Shown here: piece by piece, positions 12,510 to 24,879 of the stretch
Position numbering within the stretch: the stretch's first letter is position 1
How the letters are laid out: every line of letters begins with the position of its first letter
Assembly (NCBI RefSeq): GCF_009834535.1
Contig: NC_045696.1
Location: 44,580,001-44,644,000, forward strand
Direction: 5' to 3'
DNA: 64,000 nucleotides
DNA from: Camelus ferus
Taxonomy: Eukaryota
The notes under the pieces: generated by a model
What the model saw: the letters and a program-made list of their open reading frames with translations, nothing else
Told to the model about the DNA's origin: nothing
The model's database searches: none
Program-made: the position numbers and the translations under genes

Positions 12510-13290
12510 CCCAGCATCCATACTTTATCCAGATTATCTGAGTTTTTCCATAGTGTCCTATCTCTCTTCCAGGACACCACATACACTTAGCAGTCGTGTC
12601 TCTTTTAGGCTTCTCTTGGCTATGCCAGTTCCTCAGACTTCTCATATTTCTTATGATCCTGACAGTTTTGAAGATGACTAGCCAGGTATTTTGTAAAATG
12701 TCCCTCAATTAAGGATTTGTCTGATGTTTTTCTTACAATTAGGGAACTGTGTCTTCGGGGAGGAAGACCATAGAGGTAAATTATCATTCTCATCACATCA
12801 TATCCAAGGTACAAACTATCAATATGATTTATCACTGCCAATATTAACCTTGATTATATGACTTGAAAGAGTGTTTGTCAGGTTTCTCCACTGGAAAGTC
12901 ACTACTGTTTTCCAGCCTTTCCAAACTTACTGCACTCTGGAAGGAAGTCCCCATGCACAGCCCACACTTAAGAAGTAGTGAGATATTCTCTATCTTCTAA
13001 AGAATGGAACATGGACATTCATTACCTGGAATTCTTCTGCATGGAATACTTGTCTATTCTTCCCAATCTATTTCTTTATTCAATCATTTATTTGGTCCAT
13101 ATGGGAGTTGTGGATATTTACTTTATACTTTGGGTTACACTCTAATGCTACTTTCTTTCATTGCTCAAATGGTTGCAGCTTTGGCCATTGGGAACTCCCT
13201 TTGACACACAGACACCATTGTGGGATTTGTTTTATTTTTGTTTGTTTTGAACACTTTCTTACTTTCTGGCACAATGTGTCATTGAGATTC
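12510..13290 (-). mobile_element. L1MC/L1MD-type 3' UTR
   Basis: ccaggacaccaca...gacagttttgaagatgactagccaggtattttgtaaaatgtccctcaat...gcagctttggccattgggaactcc. Confidence 0.85.
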
Positions 13291-13454
13291 CATTAAAATA
13301 ATCATATCTCCCAGCAAGTCATTATTTTAGATACTGGTGAATCCCAAAAAAGGAGGTAGGAAGTGTGAGCCTTCTACAGCTCCCCTCAGCAGTATCTGCA
13401 AGTTTCTCTCAGGGCCTGCACAAGCACAGTTTCTCTTACACTTCCCTTCCTTAG

Positions 13455-13610
13455 GGCAATTGTTTGGGGTCATAAACTCCTTTGAGAATCTGATTTTAAA
13501 AGAAACACCAAAGTTCTGTGATCCCCAGAAAATACACACAAGCACTCATTCATTAAATTCGCACAGGATCTCCTGGCTCCACAAACCACCTGAAGCTTAC
13601 ACGTGTACCC
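13455..13610. mobile_element. MER103C-like hAT-Charlie MITE
   Basis: tttggggtcataaactcctttgagaatctga...ccccagaaaatacacaca...cctgaagc. Confidence 0.6.
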
Positions 13611-13725
13611 TGCTCTCGGGCGGGCCCTTCAGAGGAAACAAGCAAGCGAGCATCAATCCTGCACTTACCAACTCCAGAGGCAGAAGAAATATAGTCAGTC
13701 CTATTTAAAATCTTAGAACTTTAAG

Positions 13726-13826
13726 GTATTCTGCGAGAACTGTTTCACGTATAGATGTATTTCGAAGTATTTGTGGGAGGAGGTGAGTTCCACGTCCTTC
13801 TATTCCGCCACCTTGATCTCTTTCCC
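13726..13826 (-). mobile_element. Isolated L1 5'-terminal fragment (101 bp) with apparent 12-bp TSD
   Basis: Minus strand GGGAAAGAGATCAAGGTGGCGGAATAGAAGGACGTGGAACTCACCTCCTCCCACAAA resembles the laurasiatherian L1 5' end. Flanks tagaactttaag (13714-13725) and tagaatgttaag (13827-13838) match at 10/12. Confidence 0.75.
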
Positions 13827-13990
13827 TAGAATGTTAAGACGAAGGACCCTGAGAGGTCACACTAGTACACTCCTAGAGATGAGAAAGGGAGGCTTGCAGT
13901 AATGAGCTGACCTGCCCCACTCTGTTCCCACACAGCCGGCCTTGGCCTCACCTCTGAATCCAAGTCCACTGCTAATTCCACTGCATTATA
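13827..13990 (-). mobile_element. MIR3/MIRc-like SINE (host of the L1 fragment)
   Basis: tagaatgttaagacgaaggaccctgagaggtcac...agatgagaaagggaggc resembles TAGAATGTTAGAGCTGGAAGGGACCTTAGAG...AGATGAGGAAACTGAGGC. Confidence 0.55.
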
Positions 13991-15609
13991 GGACAAGTTA
14001 ATCTTGTTTATGCCAATGTAAGGTAACATAGCTTTTAATCTCTTCACTTTTCCCAAGCAGCTAAACGAAAAACCCCTTCTGATGAATGTTATTATTTACC
14101 AACACCTTTCCCCTAAATGACTTCAAGCAGGAAACCGTGGGAGAAAATAAGCCACTATCCTTAAAAAGGCAGGAAGCCCTGTTCTGAGAACCTCCTCATC
14201 TCTCTGGTGTTTACATTTTCTAGCTCCCTTACTCTCGCTCTCCTCCAACGATATATAGTTTCCTTTCTTGCAGAAGTTCAAAGAGTTGGAACGGGTCAGA
14301 GGGAAATGAAGGTTTGGGCATACCTTCTCTTGGGAAGCACTTAAGAAACTAAGCTTCATGTTCCTTTTCAAATTCAGGCCTCCCCCTCTTTCCACTGTGA
14401 AGAAAAATTTCAGCCTGGGATTTGGAGATTCATGTTGCTATGACTGGGGCTGAAATTAGAGAAATCATGTTGACTGTCCTAAGGACAGGGAGAAACGGTT
14501 ACATAAAGGGATTTACCATCAGACTCCCTTGAAGTGTCCTGCCACCCCAGATCCAACATCTCCTTAGAAGGACATAATTAACCAGCAAGACTATTATGAA
14601 GAAAAAGTTCTTCCAAAGGTAGTCACATCCAGAAAAGTACCGTAGGGGAGCTCCCATCTATACTCTTCAGCTGGCAGATAAGGGCTATCAATGGCTATGT
14701 ACTTGAACCCACAGAACAACTTGGACCTACTCTAATAGACTTTCCTGTAAGGTTGACCAGTATACAGCATTACAGAAACAGAATAATAGCATGAATGTAT
14801 TGCACTTCCAGAGTCAGGAATTTTATCAGGAATAAGAATCTGGGGTTTCCCAGCTCTCTGTTACTAAATACAACCCAGTATTATCTGTGGACACAAGTCA
14901 GGACCATCTATCAAACTGCCACTCTCATTTCTACCCTCCAGTTACTCAGCCTGGGCTTCCAATGATCCACTGTTGGCCATGGACTCTGAAGGAGGTAGTA
15001 TTTGCTACCTCACCAACTGACAATGTAATAGCAAAAACAGGGACTGTGTCACAAATGCAGATTTAACACCACTGACCTCCAATTTCATCACTTTATCTCA
15101 AATTGAAGCACACAAGAAAAAGAGCCTGCCTTAGTAAAGTAGAAACAAAGTTACAACTAACACTCAATAAGTCTTATGGGGGTTATTTGTTCCTTGAATG
15201 AGATTAAATAATGAAAAAGTCAGTATGTTCACTCCATGTTATAACACTTTTTGTCTGATAAGGATCACTGTAAGAAATCACCTCAACTCAGAAAACAGAT
15301 CATTTAGCCCCACATAATAAGTTCACTCAAGTAAAAATTGGAGAAGATGACTGTCTTGAGAATTTTTTCAAATAAAAATATACAAATTAGGCTGCTTTTC
15401 TAAATTTTTATTAACAAATGCTAAATTGAACTATGATGAAAAGGAGAGACAATATTCTACAGGTTTTGGTCATGCAATCCATAAAAATGAACTAAAACGT
15501 TTGAGGTTCTGACCCCTTCCAGAAAACAGGCAAAGTTCAAGGTCTTTAGAAGAAGCTAGAGCACAGATCTGTTAAAATCCATTCCTGACAGTGCATTCTG
15601 AGGACCTTT

Positions 15610-15765
15610 TTAAGAATTAGCTGCATCAGAATAACATGAAGTGATGAGGGGAATGACCTAATGCAGATTCCTGAGTCTGCATCAGATCCACTGAATCGGA
15701 ACCTGCAGGGGTGTGTTCTCCCCAGCTGAGTCCCCTACACCCGCGAGGCCTGGAGCTCCTGCCTT
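15610..15765. mobile_element. MER5A-like hAT MITE
   Basis: gctgcatcagaat...aatgcagattcctgag...actgaatcggaacctgcagggg. Confidence 0.6.
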
Positions 15766-16429
15766 AAAAACAAGGGAAAGGAGAAATGCCTTTTTAACTG
15801 ATAGTGTGCATTTTTGGACAACATTGGTTTGAATTTATGATATGGTGTAGTTCAATTTGATCAGCCACAGCACATCATAAAATTTTAAAACGTGATTTTT
15901 GTTAAGACAAGCAACCACTAGGACAGTTGAGGAGTTTTCTATCTGGAGGCTCTAGAAAATTCATGTCAAATTGGCAATTCTACTTTTGACAAAACGTTCA
16001 GTTAAGGTTTTTCAATTTTCTAAGGGTTTATCTACCTCAACTATAGGGAAGATTCAGAATAGGTTGAACAACTTCCTCCTTAATGACATTTCTATGCCCT
16101 ATCCTGAAAATATTCTGAAAGGTACATTGGCTTGGGATTGGGGTATTGTTGATTCAGCAAACTCAAAGGTGGTTAAAAATTATTTCACAAGTCTGAGTTC
16201 TTAGTTTCCAATTCGCAAGGGTCACGACATCCCATGCACTCTAGATACACTTTAAAAATTGCTCTGTGGCATTTTGATCCATGTAACAAGCTACACCTCT
16301 CTTAAGCAGTGAATGGAAATAAAGAAGCTGTAAAAGTATAAACAAATCTGGTTAAAGTTATTACTAGGTTTTGAATCTTTAAAACATATTTGTAGAAGCA
16401 AAATATTATGTGCTCCAGAAACCACTGCT

Positions 16430-16650
16430 TGCAGGATGAACAGCAAAGCTTAGAGCAAGTGCCAAGAGCCACAGGCGTGATCTAAGCCTGAGTTCTGCAC
16501 TTAAGAGGCAGGTGACCAAGGTGAGAATGTATGCCTGCCTGCTCTTTGCATCTCGGGCAGGTGAAAGAAATACAGTTCATGGGCTTTCACACTTTATTCC
16601 AAGATTACCATAACGTGAGAATTTCACATTGTAAAACCTCTAAACACTAA
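16430..16650 (+). mobile_element. Degraded MIR
   Basis: Weak MIR-like order of motifs (cctgagttctgcactta...gtgacc...ttgtaaaacctctaaacact). Confidence 0.4.
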
Positions 16651-19278
16651 ACCTTTAACTCAGCCTGTCATGCTTTACAAAGAAAGGCTTCTATGAAATG
16701 GTATTGTCTGAAATTCTCCAAGGGCACTGGAAACATCAAAGTTAAAATTCCACATTTTGAAATCCAGAATTATTCTGCAATAAGCAAAGCCCTCCTAGAC
16801 AAAGCTTATTGACATTGATCCTGTCAGCACATTTTCCTGGTTTTTTGGTTAAATATATTGATTTTAATAACTATTATATTTTAATATACCATCCGTTAGT
16901 GAATTTCAAGGCCGATTTGATTTACTACAGCTTTGAGGATGACACTTTGCTTCTCAAGGATGAAAGGAAGGGAATAGAGTAACCCACGAGATGCAGTGTT
17001 ACATATATTTGTTGTGTTAGCACCTTAACTGATCTATAGAAACAATAAATCGGTTTGGTAATCAAGTAGTGTCACAGCTCATTAGAAGGAACTCACAGAG
17101 AAGCACCCCACGTAAAAGAGAATGTCACCTACCGGCCATTAATTAACCACAGTCATTTTTTTAGCTGCAGCTTAGGAGACTCTAGTTCCAGTTTGCTTAA
17201 TTGCTACTGAGAGAGACAGATGAAAAATGTACAAAGGTTTGTTTTTTTTTTTTTAAATCCCTGATAATGCATGAAGTAAACAAATCCCCTCTTGAACAAA
17301 TAAATCAAAAATTTAAAAATTCTGAATCTTGACAATGCCAGTCCAAGGAGAAGTTTAACTGTGAGAAACGGGGTGAAGTCAGAGAGAAAAAGAGAACTGT
17401 TTCTTCAACATGAAAAACTCCACAGTAGGCAGATAAAAGGGGGCGGAGAGCAGGGCTATGAGCTGCTCAGATCTCCTGAAATTATCTAATGGAAAAGAAA
17501 CCTTAACAAAGAATTAAAACAAAGATGGAAGACTTTAATTGAAAATTTGATCAATTAGCAGAGAGGCCATAAGACGGAGGCAGCAGAGCATGAAATTTGA
17601 TTAAACAGAACCATACGTCCCACTTCATTTCCAGTGATGTGGTGAAACAGATGACCTTGGAAAGAGAAGATGTTTGGCAAGTATGAAATAGCTGGGGATG
17701 ACAGGTTACAACAGAGTTCTGATGGGAAGTTTTGCTCATAAGAAAGCTTTAAATTAAAATTCACATTCATATTCAAAGGAGAAAGTACAGAGAAGTAAAT
17801 TTGGATAATTGACATGTAATCCAAATTTACGACACTATATCAGGGCAGACAGGATGCTGAAAACGGTTTCATTTCATAAATGTGAAGGTCTGAGCTTATC
17901 ATGGTTTGCTGATGAGTCAGATTGCTCTCAGTTTGGCCCTATTTTTGTGCATTCTTTAATGACAGCAGGTCCAAATCATGGGCCTGAGCCCGGTTAGAAC
18001 AAAAGTGTGATAACCCCCTCCCAAAAATCGCCTGGCAGTGATGCTCAGCATATTGTTTCGAAAGAAGGTGGTGACAAAGGAGAACTAGACTTAAAATACT
18101 ATTTTTCCTCTGCCTCATTGTCAGATCACCCTACGTTCTGTCGACTCTCAAGAGCAGAAGCAGAAGCAGTCACGCAGATGGTTACACATTCAGATATGAA
18201 AGAGTTAGTATTGGGAAGACTTCCAATTTTTGTAGTCTTTTTTTTCCTTCAGCGTGTGTGGCTAAATATCCCCGCCCCTTTTCATTACTTGTCTCTTCAC
18301 CACATTTCATTTCTAATTTGATCATGTTTTCTTTCCTTCCATACAATGTTCTCCCACCGCCTCCCCAGTGCTTGTACCTGCAGACAAGACTGAGGTTTTG
18401 TTACTGCCTTCTGCAGATCTACGTAAACGGTCTCATTATTGGGAAAGAAGAAGGGACCCAAGAGACTTTGGAAATGTGATAAGAAAAAAAATTATATTGG
18501 TAGAAACAGAAGATCTTTGAGGAGGGAGCAGAGAATTTTTACCTCAAAAACTATTCAGCACTGTAAGAGATCTGTTTGTAGCAAATCTGAAGATGTTCAC
18601 AGCTTGGATGGAGAACAGATCCACTTACCACTCAGGTCTGCAGAGGAGACAGAGACTCAAAAAAACAAACAAACAAACAAGGCACTCCGGTTGTAGACTC
18701 TGTAAGAGCACCTCCTCCCTCCCAGCCACGAATTCACACTCCCCAGGCGCTATGAAAGTGGCAGTGACTCGTGCCTATCACACAAACAGTGGCTCTGCCA
18801 GCTAGCATTAAAATATGTCTGCAGTCTCAGATGTGCATATTCTGCTCCTAAACCCACCACTGTTTCCAAAACAAAATAATCTCTCTTCTCCTTTTCCCTC
18901 TTATTTTGGCTGCCTTCCCTTAAATCTCTCCTTCCGTGATTCTCTCCACAAGTTCATCGTTTTCCCATAATTTTCCCTGTATAAAAATATTAAAGCACTG
19001 GGAGACAGCAGCCTACACCACCCAGCCTGTACTCCACCTCTGAACATTACACTAAATACTGGACTAGATTACTGAGCGAGCATCCTCAAATTTTAATAGC
19101 TCATACCTTTCTGAGTTATGAGGAGGATACAGACCAAAATCTGCAAGTCTCACAAGTAAATTCAACTTTACTTTGGAATCTCTAAAACACACACCTGCTT
19201 AGCCTTCATTCTAGGGATAAGTTTGAGCTCTTCATTTGGGTAATAAATCTTAAGATGACTTTTGTAAAGTTTCTCCCA

Positions 19279-19420
19279 CAGTGATTCCTCAGCCTCAGTG
19301 TGGAGATGCATTACCTGGGGATCATGGTTAAAGGCTAAACTTGAAGCAGTACAAATCTGAGATGGGGCCTGAGATTTTGCATTTCTCTCAAGCTCCCAGA
19401 TGAGACTGACACTGCTGGTC
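19279..19420. mobile_element. MER5A-type MITE, cut near its end by an LTR
   Basis: cagtgattcctcagcct...ggggcctgagattttgcatttctctcaagctcccagatga...tgctggtc. Confidence 0.7.
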
Positions 19421-19424
19421 GGGG

Positions 19425-19962
19425 TGTTAGGCAGGCAGATAAGCTGGCCCTCCTGGCAGATAGGTGGAGGAGAGGGAAGATGGTCCAGAAGATGGCGTTA
19501 TGCCCGCCTCCAACATAAAGGGGTTTTACTTCTAAATGAGAGCCAGCAGGAAACAGGTTAGAACCCGACAGCTACAACTGCACAGTAGAGGAAAGGACTT
19601 AACCAGACGCGCCCAATGTTCATTGTATTATAACAAACATTGCAGTTTAGGCCCCTCCCCCCACCCTACCTCTTCCCTATGGGGTTTTCTGTGTATGCCC
19701 TGGGTAAGGACACACACAAAGGCGCCAAACGTGACTAAGCATTCCAGGGACAAGATCCGTCAGTCGGGCAAGAGACCACCTCTGAGCGAGGGGATTAGAA
19801 AAGCTGCTGGGTTTCCTTCCCTGGATCAGCCCTCCTTCTGTTCTTGGAAGTGAACTTTTCCTTCTCTAAATAAATCTTTCACTACACAGTGCACTGTCTC
19901 CTGACTGTAAGCTTATCTTTCGGGTATGATAAGAACTGGGGTCTTCACCTTTTGGGTTATCA
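19425..19962 (+). mobile_element. Solo ERV LTR (class I-like), 538 bp, 4-bp TSD GGGG
   Basis: TG...CA termini; GGGG at 19421-19424 and 19963-19966; AATAAA at 19869-19874; relatively many CpGs retained. Confidence 0.85.
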
Positions 19963-20059
19963 GGGGTACCAAAGTCTTAATGTCTCCTATGTCTTGGCAT
20001 GTGGTAGATGAAAGAAAGAAAGGAAGAAAGAAAGAAGAAAAAAGAAAGCAAATCTAGTT

Positions 20060-20786
20060 TGGAGTGTTTTCTAACACTAACAACCAATTATCTGATTCTC
20101 TGGATACCAGCTGGATGTCCCACAATTTGATTCTGTCACTGACCACAGGGAGTTAGGGCAGACCCCACAGGGTAAGGGCTCAGTCCCACAAGCCTGCCCC
20201 ACTTCAGATGCCAACTGCAAGTCCCAGATTGAGACCTGTACTTCTGACCAACTAGCTATAAACTGGGGTTGCCATGACCCTTCCTAAGGTTTGATAATTG
20301 ACTAGAATGGCTCACTGAAGTGAGGAAGCCACTTTACTTACACTTAACAGTTTATTGTAAAGGAAGCAGCTCGGGAACAAATGGAGGAGATGCTTGTGGA
20401 AAGTTCTGGTGCTGGGGGCAGTGCTGTGTGCAGCCCCCATGCTCTCCCCCATGCTCTCTCCAGGTGTATCACCGTCCAGCACCTTAGTGTGCTCACCAGC
20501 ATGAAGCTCATCAAATCTTGTCCTTCCAAGGTTTTAACAGAGTTTAACCTCCAGCTGTCCCTTCTTCCTATCCCCAGAGGTCAGTGAGTGGGGCAACCAG
20601 CTCTGTCCTGAGGCGATCAAGGGGAACCACCCTAAGCTACCCCATTAGCATAAACTCTGGTGTGATCAAAAGGAGCTCCTTGTGAATAACAAAGGACACC
20701 CCTATCACTCAAGGAATTCCGAGGGCTTTAGAAGCCTTGTTCCAGGAACAGGGGACAAGGACAATTCCGTTTCTTACTACGCCACA
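20060..20786 (-). mobile_element. MER21-family LTR
   Basis: Minus strand ...ccttgtcccctgttcctggaac...gagtgataggggtgtcctttgttattcacaaggagctccttttgatcacaccagagtttatgctaatg matches recalled MER21. Confidence 0.85.
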
Positions 20787-21378
20787 AGACAACTGGTGAC
20801 TGAGATGTTGCTACTGATGTTTTTCTAACTTCTACTATGAAGTTTTCTTTAAGCTCACGCATGTGAGCTCCCAGGATCAATTCCTACTACCTGTGTCTCG
20901 ATCCCTAGCCTTCGGCATGTCCTGTTCTCCCTAGAGACTGGCCCAAGGGATGCTAAAGATTGCCAACACAATGACAGGGTTAACTAGAATAAAAGCTACA
21001 AGCCTGACTGGCCACGGGCAGCTCCCTTTTGCGTAATGAAAGCTGCCTCCCTTCAGATGCTGCCAACAGATACCACACATTCTCATTCCCAAGTGGCACC
21101 ACTGAGAATTTCTATCAAACAACATCCAGGTCAGACGGAAAACCTTTTCCTAGTTCCTAGAAGTCTTGTGCTGTGCTGTATCCTTTTCTTGCACAGGCAG
21201 AGAGCAATATAGGTATGGTACAGGCAGATGAATTACTTTTCATTTTCTCCTTCAGAATTTTGCTTGCCCCCTGATCCTATGTGGTAAATACTCAGCCTAC
21301 CTGAGAGCATCTCTGTCATCTCTCTCTCTCAGGCATCTGTTGTTGTCCACCCCTCACCTTGTGTATTAAAATGTTCTC

Positions 21379-21860
21379 CCATTATGGTGATCATTTTGTA
21401 ATGTACAGAAATATAGAATCACTATGCTGTGATCACTAACAGGAACTAACGTAGTACTCTAGGTCAAATATATTTTCAAAAAACAAACAAACATAGGAAA
21501 CGAGATCAGATTTGTGGTTACTGGAGGCATTTTGGATGGGGGATTGGATGAAGGTGGTCAAAAGGTACAAACTTCCAGTTACAAGATAAATAAGTACTAA
21601 GGATGTAATGTACAAGATGATAAATATATTTAACAGTGTGTTATATATGAAAGTTGTTAAGAAAGCAAATCCTAAGCGTTTTTAATCACAAGGAAAATAC
21701 ATTTTTTTCTTTTTCTTTTACTTTGCATCTATATGAGATGATGGATGTTCACTAAACTTACTGTGTAATCATTTCATGATGCACGTAAATTAAATCGTTA
21801 TGTTATACACCTTAAATAGTGCTGTATGTCAATTATATCTCTATAAAACCAGAAGATAAA
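21379..21860 (+). mobile_element. 5'-truncated laurasiatherian L1 3' end with TSD
   Basis: aaggtacaaacttccagttacaagataaataagtact...tgtatgtcaattatatctc. Flanks aaaatgttctc (21368-21378) and aaaaagttctc (21859-21869) at a TT/AAAA target. Confidence 0.85.
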
Positions 21861-23364
21861 AAAGTTCTCTATCGGCTATGCACTCATATTGCTTGACATA
21901 TATCACACCAAGTGAAGTGTGCACCTTCCAAGACCAACAGCATCCACATTGTGCCAGAAACCCGTTAATAAAATTAATAAATGGGGTAGACTCTATGGTA
22001 GAGCCGTTTTGTGAATGCCATCAGTTTAAACAAAGGAAAATCAGTGTCTGGGAACAAATAAAACAAAATAAGCAAAAGATAGAGGTAATTTTCATGCATA
22101 TTACATTGCAGGGCTCACAGGATGGGAACATTTTTTAATGCGTGTGGGTTTTTTTAGACCCACTTCTAAGTTAACCGAATTAAAAGACTCAGAGTGCGAG
22201 CAAGCGAGAAAGCGACTTTGTGAAGGTGCCAATCTAATTACAGTACAGCCCGTCCCTCGAGGCTCATTGGGAGCTGCATCATCACTTATGTATGTCACCT
22301 TAAACAAGTTCACTGGGATTCTTCCACTGTCTTTAAGGGGAAAATAACACCGCTTTAAAATTTTTCCTCATTTGGTGACAGTTACTTTTTAAAGCTTAGA
22401 GATTCACTTTTCTTCCTTCAGTGGTCACCTTAATCACAACAAAATATAATCAAAATTAAAACTCTCTGTCATATCCAAAATAGGTTTTCTTTTTCTCCAC
22501 GCACTTGTCTTCACTTTTCTCTTTAACTGAGACTTGGCTCTAGAAGTTCTCTCTCTGCTCACAATTCTGTCCATTCCTCACTATCTCTCTACAATCACTT
22601 TCACATGAAGACACGTTCCTCTACCTTGAAAAATTCAAAAATATTTCCAGTAAAACCTGTCTTTCATCTTCAGGCTGATCACATGCACTATGTTTTGTAT
22701 CTGTTTACTGATACATACACTGTGTTTCCCGCCTTTTCTTTACTCTCAGGATTTGGGTTTCACGCTTGTTGCTTTAACCTTAAGCCTATACCTTGGTGCT
22801 GCAGCCTTCTGCTTCATCCTCAGAGCAAAACCACCAAAACAAATATGCTCTAGTTCAACAGCCAATCTGTGTAACCACAGGCATTAATACCTTCAAGGGC
22901 ATAGAATTTCATTTAAAATTCTGTAACATTCCAAAAGGTGGTTTATAAATTTGCTTTTTTTAAAATACACATTTTATTTCATGGGGACTTGGATTTCCAC
23001 TAGTGACTGCAAGTCCAAGTATACTCCTCCAGATCATGGTCCTAAAGGGAGTGGATACAGATTTGATACCCATTTTTTTCTCAATTTATTGCAATAAAAC
23101 AACAACAACTCTGTGTTGAACAACTCTTTGCCGGGCCACTCTGAAATTGCCTGAGCTAAGTTCAGTATGTTTCCAAATATTTCCTTTTTTATAATTGTAT
23201 CAGTTTGGCAGGAAATAATCAGATAAAATAAAACCATGAGAATAGGAAAGGAAAACTGGAAAAAGAAAAAAAATGATGCAATCAGAGGATGGGAAAGTTG
23301 GAGCAAAATGAACATGTGCAGGAGAGAGAGGAAAATGAGCAAAAAATGAAGGGGAACAAAATAC

Positions 23365-23620
23365 AGTGTGATATCCTGTGTTGGATCTTGGAAGATAAAA
23401 AGGATATTAGTGGAAAAATGGTAAAGTCCAATTAAAGTCTGCAGTTTAGTTAATAATATAACAGTGATTATTTCTCGGTTTTGACAAAAATACTATGGTC
23501 TTTTATGATATTAACTGAAGGGAAACTGACTGAAGAGACAAGAGGAACTCTCTGTACTGTCCTTGCAACTTTTCCATATAGCTAAGGGTATCGAAAAATA
23601 AAAAGCTTATTTTTAAAAAT
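23365..23620 (+). mobile_element. L1MC/L1ME 3' end
   Basis: ggatattagtggaaaa...gaactctctgtactgtccttgcaacttttcc...aaaataaaaag. Confidence 0.8.
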
Positions 23621-23699
23621 GGAAGGAGAAGAGTTAGACGAAGAATGAAAATGAAATACAATCAACCCATTTTCTTTCTGCTTTTAAGAAAATCAGAGG

Positions 23700-23900
23700 A
23701 ACACAGCAGTAAGAGTTCAGGTTAATTCTGGCACCACCATTGGACAGCGACCTGACACAAGAGCTTTCCAAATCTCCATTCCTCTGACTATAAAGTAATA
23801 AGAACACTTACCTCAAAGGTTCTGTGAGTTTTAAATGAACCTCAGAGTGTAAAGTGCTTACGGCAGCGACTGCCAAGTATTAGCCTTGTAATCATTTACA
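23700..23900 (+). mobile_element. MIR SINE
   Basis: ttcctctgactataaagtaa...cttacctcaaaggttctgtgagttttaaatga...gtaaagtgctta. Confidence 0.65.
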
Positions 23901-24879
23901 GTATCGCGATTTATCTTTAAAGTAAAATTGACTTGCCAGTTGGTCCAATCCAGTGAAGCCTGTCATTTTATTCTCTCTACCACTTTAAAGCTTTGTCTCA
24001 ATAGTCATACTTTTCTCCTTTGTTCCTATCCCAGGGAATAAGATGACAAAATTTACCTCTAAGACTAATCCTCTCATAAAGAGAGGTAATACTTAAAGTA
24101 TTTAACACACAGTTTCAACCAATTATGACAGATGCCACAACCAATTAGTATGAACATCAGCCCCAATCAATCAGTCCAGCTAGTCACTAGTCACACTAGT
24201 GACTAGCAGCTTTGATTGTAAGAGTCACAGATCACAGTGGCCGCCTGTTCATAACAATCCCCTCAACAGACCAGACTGTATTATCCACCTAGTTCTAGAA
24301 GGATTTTGAATTCTCCTTCTCCTTTGTCCTAAGAAGGATTTTGAACTGGAGCTCTGCCATTGTCCCAGACACAATGGTAAAGCTAAGGAGGACTCCTGAT
24401 TCAAGATGAGCCAATCATGTATCTACTGTCCTAGCAACAGTGGTTAGTCATGGGGGTGAATATGTGATTGGAGCTGGGACAAAGACGGTACAATATCCTT
24501 GCTAGTTAGAGAAGGTCTGGGTACTCTAGGTCTGGTGAGAGGGGAAGGTCTGGGTACTTTTATGATACTTGCATCTCAATTAAATAGAGCCTTTCCTCTT
24601 AGGATGAGACTTTGCAAATATCTGTGCCCCAAAGGGGCTGGAAGTTCTTGGTTTGTTACATTTTTTTTAATCCAATTAGTTTCAAAGATTAAAACTAACA
24701 CAGAGATAGAAGCAAAGACATGGGTGGAGAGGAGAGGAGGGTTTGGTTACCTGAGTCATGGCAAGTTCAAATCGGGCTTCAGTCACTTAAAGCCAAAAGT
24801 TCTAATATACCCCTCCACCTGTATTCCTAAAGACTACCTACTACCAATTCCTTAGGGATCTCCTACACACACATACACA

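Noticed and set aside
14566..14618. Possible + exon KDIINQQDYYEEKVLPK
   Set aside because: Weak donor (gtagtc), unrecognised peptide and no supported partner exon.
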